This document shows positions 19,617 to 28,562 of a stretch of DNA of 64,000 nucleotides, piece by piece. Positions within the stretch are counted from its first letter, which is position 1. The number at the start of each line of letters is the position of its first letter. Under the pieces are notes generated by a model. That model made no database searches and was not told where the DNA came from. It was given only the letters and a program-made list of their open reading frames with translations. Made by a program: the position numbers and the translations under genes. Origin of the DNA: Candidatus Bathyarchaeia archaeon (lineage in GTDB: Archaea > Thermoproteota > Bathyarchaeia > Bathyarchaeales > Bathycorpusculaceae); assembly GCA_038727135.1 (NCBI GenBank), contig JAVYWL010000002.1, forward strand, positions 32,001 to 96,000, written 5' to 3'.

Positions 19617-20741
19617 ATGAAATTGGTATTTAAGTATGTGTCGGTCTTTATTTTGGGGATTATAATCGGGGCAGCATCGATATACCTTATCTACCAGCCT
19701 CAAATGGTCAAAACCACCGAGTATAAAGTTGTCAGTGAGTTTGAATACTTACGACAGAAGTTTCAAGGAATGACTTTAAGGGTTACTGCTTGGAGCGGAC
19801 CGTATGCGGAAAACTTTAGGTGGGCAATTGTTGAACCCTTTGAAGATTTAACCGGCGTAAATATTGAATTAGTTATTGGTTGGGCGGAATTTATACCTAT
19901 GTTACAAGCGGCTCCTCCGGACCAGCCACCATTCGACGTTTTTAATCTCGATGATTATAATTTTATTGCTGCAAAAAACCTGGATAAGCTTTTACCATTG
20001 AATTTATCAAGGATTCCTAATGCCCAATATGTATACTCATGTTTAAAACAAAAGAGAGAAGAGTGGAAATCAGGACTCGCCATACCATTTGATGGAGGCT
20101 TGTATACCATAATTGTGAACAGGGAGGTTGTGCCATTTGAAATCACTTCCTGGGCGGATTTAAAGCGCCCAGAACTTAGAGGCTTAATTGCAATGGATCG
20201 AACTTGGTATTATGGGCTCTATGTAGGTGCGTTAATGTTAGGTCATAAGTACTTAAATGATACAAACGTAGATGCAGCGTTTGCAGAAATTGCTAGTTTA
20301 AAAGATAGCGTTCACGTGTGGTACACTTCAGGAGCAGAAGCCCTTCAACTCTTAGAATCAAAGGAGGTGGGTGTAGCGATTTATTACACTGGGGGTGCTT
20401 ATGACGCCATCAAAAGAGGGGAACCGTTAGAAATAGTCATTCCTAGGGAAGGAGCAATAGCCTGGCTTGGATCCCTAAGTATAGTGCGTGGGGTGTCACC
20501 GGAAATTCGGGAACTTGCAGAAGCGTTTATTAACTTCGCGCTAAGTCCCGTTAGTCAATCGAGACATGTCACAAAATCCGGTAATTTTGTGTGCGGGGAG
20601 TACGCAAAGGTTCCGAAAGACCAATACTTTAATCCTGCAAGCAACGAAGAAATGGATAAAATGGTGTTCTTTGACTGGGAGTGGCTCGAGCAACACTGGA
20701 CAGAACTAGAAAATCGATGGAATACAGAAATTTTAGGCTAA
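19617..20741 (+). CDS. ABC substrate-binding protein (PotD/PotF-like), membrane-anchored
   Basis: N-terminal TM anchor; WSGPY..PFE..TGV, ITSWADL, PREGA and AEAFINF motifs. Confidence 0.82.
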   Translation: MKLVFKYVSVFILGIIIGAASIYLIYQPQMVKTTEYKVVSEFEYLRQKFQGMTLRVTAWSGPYAENFRWAIVEPFEDLTGVNIELVIGWAEFIPMLQAAPPDQPPFDVFNLDDYNFIAAKNLDKLLPLNLSRIPNAQYVYSCLKQKREEWKSGLAIPFDGGLYTIIVNREVVPFEITSWADLKRPELRGLIAMDRTWYYGLYVGALMLGHKYLNDTNVDAAFAEIASLKDSVHVWYTSGAEALQLLESKEVGVAIYYTGGAYDAIKRGEPLEIVIPREGAIAWLGSLSIVRGVSPEIRELAEAFINFALSPVSQSRHVTKSGNFVCGEYAKVPKDQYFNPASNEEMDKMVFFDWEWLEQHWTELENRWNTEILG

Positions 20742-20935
20742 GCTCATTCCTCTTTTCTTTTCCATTTTTAAATTCTTAAAGAAAATCAATTCAAAAACGG
20801 AGCGACCATACTTATCGAGTTTAAAATGCGTAAACTGTGAAAAATACTTCAGTCAAAATTTTTCAATAATAAAGAAAGAATTTTGAAGAAAAGATTTTAA
20901 AGGCTGCATAGTAAAACGACTCAGCGTGGTATATT

Positions 20936-22393
20936 ATGATTGGTTTCTCCAGAGATGATCAAAAAATAAAAATCAGAATTTTTTCTCGATCTGAGTTGGA
21001 AGCTATTCATTGGGCTACGCTGGATATTCTTGAGAGAACTGGTGTTAAGATATACAGTGAAAAATGTCTAAAAATCCTCGAGGAGGCTGGTTGTAAGGTA
21101 GATTACAAAATGGGGTGTGCATTAATTCCCTCCGAGGTCGTTGAAGAGGCTTTAAGAAAGAAAAAAAGTGTATTTAGGTTGTGTGCCAGAAACCCGAAAT
21201 ATGACTTGAAGCTAGATGGCAGACATGTGTACATAACCACGGATGGCAACGCGGTAAACACTCTGGATTTTGAGACTGGGGAAAGAAGGGCTTCAACAAA
21301 AGATGACATTGCTAAGTCAGCCACCATCGCAGACGCGCTTGACTCTGTTGGCGTTTATTGGCCAATGGTCACCTCCTCAGATGTGCCTGCGCCCATTCGA
21401 CATTTGCACGACTTAGAAGCATCTTTAGCCAATACTGAAAAGCACGTTCAACTTGAAACAATAGTCAAACCAAAAGTAGCCCGTTATGCAGTTGAAATTG
21501 CAGCGGCTGTGGTTGGAGACACAAAAAAGCTCAGGGAACGCCCAATAATATCCTCTCTGCATTGCACCATATCGCCCCTCCAACATGAAGGGGGATCCAT
21601 TGAAGCAGCATTAGAATTTGCCAAGGCAGGTATACCCGTATCCTTTTATGGAATGCCACAAGCAGGTGCCACCAGCCCAGTAACGCTTGCAGGAGCAGTC
21701 GTTATTAATAACGCCGAAGTTTTAAGTGGCCTTGTAATAGTGCAACTTGTGCATCCAGGAGCACCAGTGATATATGGCACTGGCGGCGCTGGTTTTGACA
21801 TGAAAGCGGGCACTTGGACAGGGGGATCACCAGAACGGGCGCTAATTTCGGCAGCCGCGGGGGAGCTGGCTAAATACTATAATATGCCATCTCTTGTGGG
21901 AGGTTTTGTTACATCCGCCAAAACTATCGACGCACAAGCATGTTATGAAAAGCTCATCAGCGGCATCCCCCAAGTTCTTTCCGGATGCGACATAATTGCT
22001 GGAATAGGCCTCATCGACAACTGCAATACCCTTTCGTTTGAGCAGCTTCTGATAGATGATGAAATCGTTAACATGACTTTTCGCCTTGTTGAAGGCATAG
22101 AAGTGAAAGAACAGACAATAGCACTCGACCTGATTCAAAAAATTGGTCCCGGGGGCAATTTCTTGGCTGAGAAGCATACACTTGAATATTTGCAGAAAGA
22201 ACACTTCATTCCAAAATTAACTGATAGACGCTCTTATGAGGCCTGGCTTAAAAATGGCGCAAAGGACATCACAAAGAGGGCAAAAGAAAAAGTTAAAACA
22301 ATCCTCCAACAACATCAACCACAACCCCTGCCAAAAGAAACTCGAACGGAAATACAAAATATCATTGGACGTGCAGAAAAAGATATGATTTAA
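20936..22393 (+). CDS. MttB-family non-pyrrolysine methyltransferase 4
   Basis: Same motifs as 7911..9368, of which it is a close paralog (both 485 aa). Confidence 0.92.
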   Translation: MIGFSRDDQKIKIRIFSRSELEAIHWATLDILERTGVKIYSEKCLKILEEAGCKVDYKMGCALIPSEVVEEALRKKKSVFRLCARNPKYDLKLDGRHVYITTDGNAVNTLDFETGERRASTKDDIAKSATIADALDSVGVYWPMVTSSDVPAPIRHLHDLEASLANTEKHVQLETIVKPKVARYAVEIAAAVVGDTKKLRERPIISSLHCTISPLQHEGGSIEAALEFAKAGIPVSFYGMPQAGATSPVTLAGAVVINNAEVLSGLVIVQLVHPGAPVIYGTGGAGFDMKAGTWTGGSPERALISAAAGELAKYYNMPSLVGGFVTSAKTIDAQACYEKLISGIPQVLSGCDIIAGIGLIDNCNTLSFEQLLIDDEIVNMTFRLVEGIEVKEQTIALDLIQKIGPGGNFLAEKHTLEYLQKEHFIPKLTDRRSYEAWLKNGAKDITKRAKEKVKTILQQHQPQPLPKETRTEIQNIIGRAEKDMI

Positions 22394-22400
22394 AGGTGAA

Positions 22401-23669
22401 GTGTTTATGCTTGTCGAAGGCTTGAAATGTATAAATTGTGGAGAAATATTTCCTCCCGAACCAAAATTTTTTGTCTGTCCAAAATGCGGCGTCGAAAAGG
22501 TTAGAGGGATAACAGTTTTCAAGGGCATAACAGAGGTCGTGTACAACTACGAAGAGATGGGAGAAATCATAAGTAAAAAACTGTTTTCCCAGAGACCTTT
22601 CAATGCCCTAAGATACATGGAACTATTGGGTTTTCGAAAGGAAGAAAGGTTAATAACGTTAGGTGAAGGTGGAACCCCGCTACTGAAAAGCGGGAAGCTA
22701 GCTGAAAGGCTTAAAGTTAAAAATCTACTGTTGAAAATTGAGGCTCAGAATCCAACGGGCTCTTTTAAAGATCGTGAAAGCCTCTTAGCCGTGAATAAAG
22801 CCTTACAGTTTGGAAAAAAGAGCGTGTCGTGCGTTTCATCTGGGAATGCTGCTGCTTCTCTGTCGGCTTATGCAGCCAGAGCTGGACTAGACTGTTTTGT
22901 TTTTATGCCCTCAACTGCTTCGAAGGGGAAGATTTCTCAATGTTCAGTTCACGGAGCCAAAACTTTTCTTGTGGACGGGATTTATGAGGAAATCTTTGAG
23001 GTTTACTTAGAGGCGGTTAAGGACTTGGACATTTTCGAGTCTTGCCCGGGACACAACAGGTTTAGGGTGGAAGGCGACAAGACGATCAGTTATGAAATAT
23101 GTGAACAGTTGGGATGGAAAGCACCCGACTGGGTTATAGACAATGTTGGTAACGGCACCCACTTGTATGGCATGTGGAAAGGCTTCAAAGAGCTAAGGGA
23201 CCTGGGCTTCATAGACAATTTGCCGAAAATGGTTGCCACCGGACCAGTTGGCGGGGCGCCAATAGTTGACGGTTTCAAGAAGGGCGAGGCTGCACCTTTG
23301 GAAAGTTGCGAGGAATCCATAGCTGAGGGTTTGGTTAGCAGGTGGAGTTATGATGCTCCCTTGGCTCTTAAAGCATTAAGAGAGTCCGGAGGAAACGCAG
23401 AGTACGTCTCAGACAATGAGATTTTAAAGGCTATGAGTTTGTTGGCTCGTCTTGAAGGAGTATTTGCAGAACCGTCTGGTTCAGCTTGTATCGCCGTCCT
23501 TCCAAAACTCGTTGAAGCCGGCATTATTGATTGTAAGGACGAGGTTGTATGCCTAATAACTGGAAACGGGCTTAAAGATCCAAAAAGCGGAAGACGAATA
23601 TCCAAAAAGCCAATCGACGTACCGCTTAGCGTCAGGGAAATTAAGGAATTTTTAAGGCGTTTTTCTTGA
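22401..23669 (+). CDS. thrC: Threonine synthase (or paralog, fold-type II PLP enzyme)
   Basis: N-terminal CxxC..CxxC, TLGEGGTPL, NPTGSFKDR, SSGNAA, EGVFAEP and TGNGLKD motifs. Confidence 0.82.
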   Translation: MFMLVEGLKCINCGEIFPPEPKFFVCPKCGVEKVRGITVFKGITEVVYNYEEMGEIISKKLFSQRPFNALRYMELLGFRKEERLITLGEGGTPLLKSGKLAERLKVKNLLLKIEAQNPTGSFKDRESLLAVNKALQFGKKSVSCVSSGNAAASLSAYAARAGLDCFVFMPSTASKGKISQCSVHGAKTFLVDGIYEEIFEVYLEAVKDLDIFESCPGHNRFRVEGDKTISYEICEQLGWKAPDWVIDNVGNGTHLYGMWKGFKELRDLGFIDNLPKMVATGPVGGAPIVDGFKKGEAAPLESCEESIAEGLVSRWSYDAPLALKALRESGGNAEYVSDNEILKAMSLLARLEGVFAEPSGSACIAVLPKLVEAGIIDCKDEVVCLITGNGLKDPKSGRRISKKPIDVPLSVREIKEFLRRFS

Positions 23670-23685
23670 AGCGAAGGGGGAAATT

Positions 23686-24579
23686 ATGAGTTTATTTTTC
23701 GGAGCTGAAACAAAAAACAAAGATGATGCAAACGCCTTTGTTCTTGGTTTATGTTGGGATAAAAGCTCATCCTTTAGGAAAGGCTCCGCTAAAGCCCCAA
23801 AAGCCATCAGAGAATACACAAGCTCAAAAATATACAACCCTTTCACCGAAAACAACGTGAACCTTAAGGATCACTGGAAAATTTACGATTTAGGCGATAT
23901 AGCACCCGCATCAATCATAAAGGCTTTTGAAATGGTGAAAGATGTTGTTAGCAAAAATGCCGATTCCAAATTGCACATTTTCCTAGGAGGAGACCACAGC
24001 ATCACATACGCTACGTTAAAGGCTTTAAAAGAAATCTCAAAAGTTCCTTGGGGTTTGATCTACTTTGACGCCCACCCCGACTTATACGAGAGCTATGATG
24101 GAGATTTATACTCACATGCATGCACCGTGAGGAGGATAGTTGAAGAGGGCATCGTTAATCCTCATTATATAATTCAAGTTGGCATAAGGGCATCCACGGC
24201 CGAGCAGACGGCTTATGCCAAAAAAGCCAAGATAAAAACTGTAACCACATCTGAAGTTTATAAAAATGCAGAGAAAATTTCCTCCTTCATAAACGAAGCC
24301 TTGGGCAAGGTTGAAAACGTGTACGTATCCCTAGACGTTGACGTCCTAGACCCTGCGTTTGCTCCGGGAGTCGGCAACCCTGAAGGTGGAGGAATAACGC
24401 TGCGAAACCTTATAGACATAGTCCATAACCTAAAAAGATTAAACATAAAGGCCTTGGACGTGGTTGAAGCGAATCCAAATTATGATTACGCAGGCGTAAC
24501 CTTCTGCAGCATATCAAAATTCATCAGAGAATTCTTAGGAACCACTATAAAGCCACACGCACGGCAACCATGGCCATAG
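23686..24579 (+). CDS. speB: Agmatinase / ureohydrolase
   Basis: GGDHSIT, FDAHPD, SHAC, DVDVLDPAFAPG and DVVE motifs. Confidence 0.85.
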   Translation: MSLFFGAETKNKDDANAFVLGLCWDKSSSFRKGSAKAPKAIREYTSSKIYNPFTENNVNLKDHWKIYDLGDIAPASIIKAFEMVKDVVSKNADSKLHIFLGGDHSITYATLKALKEISKVPWGLIYFDAHPDLYESYDGDLYSHACTVRRIVEEGIVNPHYIIQVGIRASTAEQTAYAKKAKIKTVTTSEVYKNAEKISSFINEALGKVENVYVSLDVDVLDPAFAPGVGNPEGGGITLRNLIDIVHNLKRLNIKALDVVEANPNYDYAGVTFCSISKFIREFLGTTIKPHARQPWP

Positions 24580-24685
24580 CAATGGTTACCCAAGCTTCTG
24601 TAAAAAGAATGGCCTAATGTTTTTTGGGAAGAGGAAATAATGATGAGGTGGAAGAAACCCAAAAAGTGTCAGAACCCCGGAAAGT

Positions 24686-24762
24686 GGCCGAGGTGAGGTA
24701 GCCTGGAAGCCTACGGGCCTGTGGAGCCCGGCGCTCGGGTTCAAATCCCGGCTTCGGCCCCA
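24686..24762 (+). tRNA. tRNA-His(GTG) with encoded G-1 and CCA
   Basis: Acceptor stem GCCGAGG/CTTCGGC, anticodon arm CGGGC-CTGTGGA-GCCCG, T arm GGGTTCAAATCCC, discriminator C followed by CCA. Confidence 0.96.
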
Positions 24763-24779
24763 TAAACCATCGGGGGCTT

Positions 24780-25283
24780 TTGCCTTTGTCCCTAACAATA
24801 GTGGATGCAAGATTTCACATGTTTAAGGACGAGGATTTCTGGATGCTTGCTGAGATTGAGTCCCATCCGGATGTTATGCGTTGGAACATCGAACCATATA
24901 AAGGCGACAAGGCTGAAATGTATCGTGCTTTTAAAGAAGCCATTGAAAGGCTTCAAGTTGAGAAGGATAAAATATTTCTTGTTGGAATATTTGAAGGCCG
25001 AGTTGTTGGTTTTGTCGGAGTGCGTTCCAAAAATGAAGGCCTAGAGCATGTTGGGGAAGTTGGCATTTCTGTTCACCCAAACTATTGGGGAAGAGGATTT
25101 GGAACAAGCCTATTAAAGGCGGCTGTTGAAAAGGTTAAGGTTGAGGGATTTGCCAAACTTGAACTAGAAACTACCGCATCGAATAAGGCTATGTTGAAGG
25201 TGGCTCAAAAAGTTGGGTTTAAAGTTAAAAGTGTTGAAAAGAGAGAGGCTTCAGAAATAGTCTTTATGGAATTAACCTTTTAA
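24780..25283 (+). CDS. GNAT N-acetyltransferase (RimJ/RimL-like)
   Basis: GISVHPNYWGRGFGT acetyl-CoA motif; N..M...AQKVGF. Confidence 0.85.
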   Translation: MPLSLTIVDARFHMFKDEDFWMLAEIESHPDVMRWNIEPYKGDKAEMYRAFKEAIERLQVEKDKIFLVGIFEGRVVGFVGVRSKNEGLEHVGEVGISVHPNYWGRGFGTSLLKAAVEKVKVEGFAKLELETTASNKAMLKVAQKVGFKVKSVEKREASEIVFMELTF

Positions 25284-25432
25284 ACAGTTACATTGGCGGC
25301 ATTACTGGTTCTTCAAGAAAATGATAAGGGAGAGAAGGGGCTCCGAAAGTAGTCAAAATAAGCGGGAGAGTTATTTCTGTTTTGCAAAAAACTTTTACTT
25401 CTAAGTTGAGTTCTATCTTGTGGTGGTTGTTG

Positions 25433-25582
25433 TTGGATGTTAAGCTTCTTGTTGACGGTGAAGAGATAAGCCTTAACAAGTTTGTTGTTAAGATTTTGGG
25501 CGGCACCATTGTTGGGGCTGTTAGTGCTTTGCGTGGCGTCAAAGAGGATTGGAAGGAAATTAAAGTAGAGATTAGGCGGTAA
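25433..25582 (+). CDS. Small conserved-looking hypothetical protein (about 49 aa)
   Basis: (M)DVKLLVDGEEISLNKFVVKILGGTIVGAVSALRGV; GGTGG before TTG 25433; resembles the C-terminal domain of some MobB proteins. Confidence 0.65.
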   Translation: MDVKLLVDGEEISLNKFVVKILGGTIVGAVSALRGVKEDWKEIKVEIRR

Positions 25583-25601
25583 ATGTTAGGGATGAGCGCG
25601 C

Positions 25602-26258
25602 ATGATCTCCGAAGAGCACAAGAAACACTTGCGGGAAGAGTTTGTTGGAAAGCTTCAAAATCCAGTTAGGCTTGTTGTTTTTACGCAAGAATATGAATGT
25701 CCTTATTGTGCGGAGACGCGGAAGCTCATTGAGGAGTTAGCCACCTTAAGTGATAAGATAGGCGTAGAAGTTTACGATTTTGTGGCTGACACGGATAAGG
25801 CTAGGGCTTATAGCATCGACAAGGTTCCAGCGGTGGCCATTATTGGCGAGAAGGATTTTGGTTTGCGGTTTTATGGTTTGCCCTATGGTTATGAGTTTGG
25901 GACCCTTGTGGAGGGCATAATCGCTGTTTCCCGCGGAAAGTCGGATATTTCTGAAAGTGTTAGAGAGAGGCTTAAAGGCGTTAAGGCGCCGGTGCACATT
26001 CAAGTTTTTGTGACGTTGACTTGTCCCTATTGCCCCTCTGTTGCTAGTCTAGCCTACAAGTTTGCTGTTGAAAGTGACTTTGTTAGGGCTGACGTTATTG
26101 ATGTGAGCGAGTTTCCACATATTGGGCATAAGTACGCTGTTATGGGCGTTCCCAAAACAGTCATAAATGAGAAGGTGGAGTTTGTTGGGGCTGTCCCGGA
26201 AGAAATTTTCTTAGAGCATGTTTTGCTTGCCGCCCGCCGCCCAGAATACGTCTTATAG
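25602..26258 (+). CDS. Protein disulfide oxidoreductase (two thioredoxin folds, AhpF-NTD-like)
   Basis: Two CPYC motifs; IDKVP, G.P.GYEF and GVPKTVIN. Confidence 0.9.
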   Translation: MISEEHKKHLREEFVGKLQNPVRLVVFTQEYECPYCAETRKLIEELATLSDKIGVEVYDFVADTDKARAYSIDKVPAVAIIGEKDFGLRFYGLPYGYEFGTLVEGIIAVSRGKSDISESVRERLKGVKAPVHIQVFVTLTCPYCPSVASLAYKFAVESDFVRADVIDVSEFPHIGHKYAVMGVPKTVINEKVEFVGAVPEEIFLEHVLLAARRPEYVL

Positions 26259-26304
26259 CATTTAAGTGGTGTGAAATCTGGCTGGCAAAAAAGAGTTTTT
26301 AACT

Positions 26305-27081
26305 TTGGTTTTCGTTTACAGCGGCGAATTTGCAGAGCGTGTGATAAGGAATCTTATAAATGACCCTAGTTTCTGCAATTCTTGCGGCTTGTATTGCGAC
26401 TCTTGTAAGTATGGCGTTTACAGTTATGTGCGGAACATCCGCGCTGCTATAGAGCTTCCGAAGCCTTCGGATTTGCCAGCCTTCATAGACAAGCCAGAAG
26501 AATACATGCCCAGGAGTGTTCCGCGGGCAGATTTGTGTGTGGCTTCCGGCTTACACAAGGACCTGCTTTTGGAACTGCCAACCCACATTACGAAGGCTGG
26601 TGTTAAAGGCTTAATTGTGCCCGTTGAAGATTTTAACGAGGTTCCATCAGGTTTGAGGAAGCAGTTGGAAGAGCGCTGTCTTGAGCTTGGCTTGGAGTGT
26701 GCTTTTCCGAAGCCCTTCTGTTCGCTAGAGCCATCTAAGGATAAGCCTTTCATCTCTCGCTTTGTAGAGGAGTTGGGGGTTGGGCGTCCAAAACTTGAGA
26801 TTTCCACTGCAAGGCGAGGTGGACGTGAGGTTGTGGAGACAGCTATTGTTAGGCGGAGTGCTCCATGCGGCTCAACATGGTATGTGGCGAGAAAGCTCAT
26901 AGGCGTTGAAACAAAACGAGAAATCTTATACGATGCAATTGCGAAGGCTCATCATAGCTATCCATGCACGGCGACAATGAACGTTGATCCAGAGGTTAAG
27001 GAGCCAATTCTCCACATAGGCGGCTACATAATAAGGGAGGAAGTAGAAAAAGCACTGGAAAAGGCTGGATGTACGACTTAA
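26305..27081 (+). CDS. DUF166-family protein with Cys cluster
   Basis: FPKPFCSL, RSAPCGSTWYVA and HHSYPCTA motifs; CxxCxxxCxxC near the N-terminus; the frame is also open to an upstream CTG at 26278. Confidence 0.75.
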   Translation: MVFVYSGEFAERVIRNLINDPSFCNSCGLYCDSCKYGVYSYVRNIRAAIELPKPSDLPAFIDKPEEYMPRSVPRADLCVASGLHKDLLLELPTHITKAGVKGLIVPVEDFNEVPSGLRKQLEERCLELGLECAFPKPFCSLEPSKDKPFISRFVEELGVGRPKLEISTARRGGREVVETAIVRRSAPCGSTWYVARKLIGVETKREILYDAIAKAHHSYPCTATMNVDPEVKEPILHIGGYIIREEVEKALEKAGCTT

Positions 27082-27488
27082 CTTTTCTCTAAACGCTCGA
27101 TAAGGTCTAGGACTTTGGCTTTTATGGCATCTCGAATTTTTCTGGCTTCGTCTAGTGGCATTTTGGCTGGGTCTGGCATGTTCCACTCTTCCACGTGCCT
27201 TGCGTAAACTACTGGGCAGAGGGAGCCGCTGCAGACTATTATGGCTACTTCAGCCTTCTCCTGAAGCTCCCTCGTCATAATTTGAGGTTTTTTGTGGCTT
27301 ATGTCTATACCCTCTTCAAGCATGAGTCGGACAGCGTTTGGATGAACCCTTTCAGCTGGTTTTAAGCCAGCACTCACGGCTTTCCAGCCACTTAGCGCAT
27401 ACTTGTTAAAGTAGGCTTCGGCAATCTGGCTCCTAAAACTATTCTCAACACAAACAAACAAGACGGTTTTCAAACTATCCATCTTCAT
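27078..27488 (-). CDS. arsC: Arsenate reductase ArsC / LMW-PTP family
   Basis: P-loop FVCVENSFRSQIAE, SAG, resolving Cys pair (CSGSLCP) and PDP; start trimmed to MKMDSLK. Confidence 0.8.
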   Translation of the reverse strand: MKMDSLKTVLFVCVENSFRSQIAEAYFNKYALSGWKAVSAGLKPAERVHPNAVRLMLEEGIDISHKKPQIMTRELQEKAEVAIIVCSGSLCPVVYARHVEEWNMPDPAKMPLDEARKIRDAIKAKVLDLIERLEKS

Positions 27489-27558
27489 GGGCTGATGTTT
27501 TAACACATCTTCATCCACACGATGCGGCAGTGAAGATTTAATTATACCGTAAATTGTC

Positions 27559-28464
27559 CTAGCGATTTGAATATAAGCTTTGGATGATCGCATCACGCAT
27601 CTCCTTAAAATTCCAATCAGAAACTCCATCTAAGAAGTCGCATCCATGAATTCTCCATTCATTTGGGTCGAGCTCAAACTTTCGAACAGAACATCGCTGT
27701 CGGGCGTTAAGCATAGCGTTTATCAATTCATTTAATTCCATTTTGATTTTGTCTTTGCCTTTAAAATCAAGCCAAGGTTTTATGCCGTTAGTAGAAATTT
27801 CTATAAATGTGACTGGCAAAAAATCCTCAATTTTCCTTACACTAGAAATGCGAACGTAAGATAATTTTTCTTGGCATGACTTTAAGCATTCTTTAAGTAT
27901 TGCAATTCTAACTAGAGAACCGAAATCCGTTACTAAGTCACGAAGCTGACCTAGTTGCAAAATCATATTCGAATGAAATTTAGTGCAAGAGTTTTGATTT
28001 ATGTATTGCTCGTATCCTGTTGGAAAATCGTCGTAGCGCGGAATAAATATGAAGGTTATCGAAACCTTTGGAAGGTATCGTAAGTATATGGCAATTAAAA
28101 AAGATAATAGCATTAAGACCAAAGCCAGAAGCATTAACTGTAAATTATTTAAGATTATTGGGACGCCAAAACCTAGATTTACAGCCAAGTTTCCTAACAC
28201 TCCTACCCAAGCAGCGAAAATCCAACCCATTACAGCCTTTTGTTTCTCAGAGAATAACTCTACAAATCTATTAATATCCGCAAGCTCCCTTCGGTAAAAT
28301 TCCATGATTGTTTCTGTTTCTTTACTTAAATCAAGTTTTTGATCATGCTGTTTGAGGATTCCAGAAGGTAAATAGGGCCATGTGTTAATCTGTAAAACAT
28401 CATTCGCCACAAATTCTTGCCAAGTTAACTGTTTTAATGGTTTTCCCATCATGTATAACTTCAT
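27559..28464 (-). CDS. Hypothetical membrane protein (orphan-like, AT-rich)
   Basis: 301-aa ORF with two hydrophobic segments; no recognised motif. Confidence 0.6.
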   Translation of the reverse strand: MKLYMMGKPLKQLTWQEFVANDVLQINTWPYLPSGILKQHDQKLDLSKETETIMEFYRRELADINRFVELFSEKQKAVMGWIFAAWVGVLGNLAVNLGFGVPIILNNLQLMLLALVLMLLSFLIAIYLRYLPKVSITFIFIPRYDDFPTGYEQYINQNSCTKFHSNMILQLGQLRDLVTDFGSLVRIAILKECLKSCQEKLSYVRISSVRKIEDFLPVTFIEISTNGIKPWLDFKGKDKIKMELNELINAMLNARQRCSVRKFELDPNEWRIHGCDFLDGVSDWNFKEMRDAIIQSLYSNR

Positions 28465-28562
28465 ATTGAGTAGAAATCAATCTTGGCATAAAAACTTAAT
28501 CTTCACAAATGAGAGTTCCTAAAGGCGGCTAAAATGAAAAATAAGGAAATAAGTTGCTAAAT

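Noticed and set aside
7911-22393. Pyrrolysine-containing trimethylamine methyltransferases / methanogenesis
   Set aside because: All four ORFs are uninterrupted with Val or Leu at the Pyl position, and there are no pyl or mcr genes in the window.
24586-24810. 74-aa minus-strand ORF
   Set aside because: It is antisense to tRNA-His.
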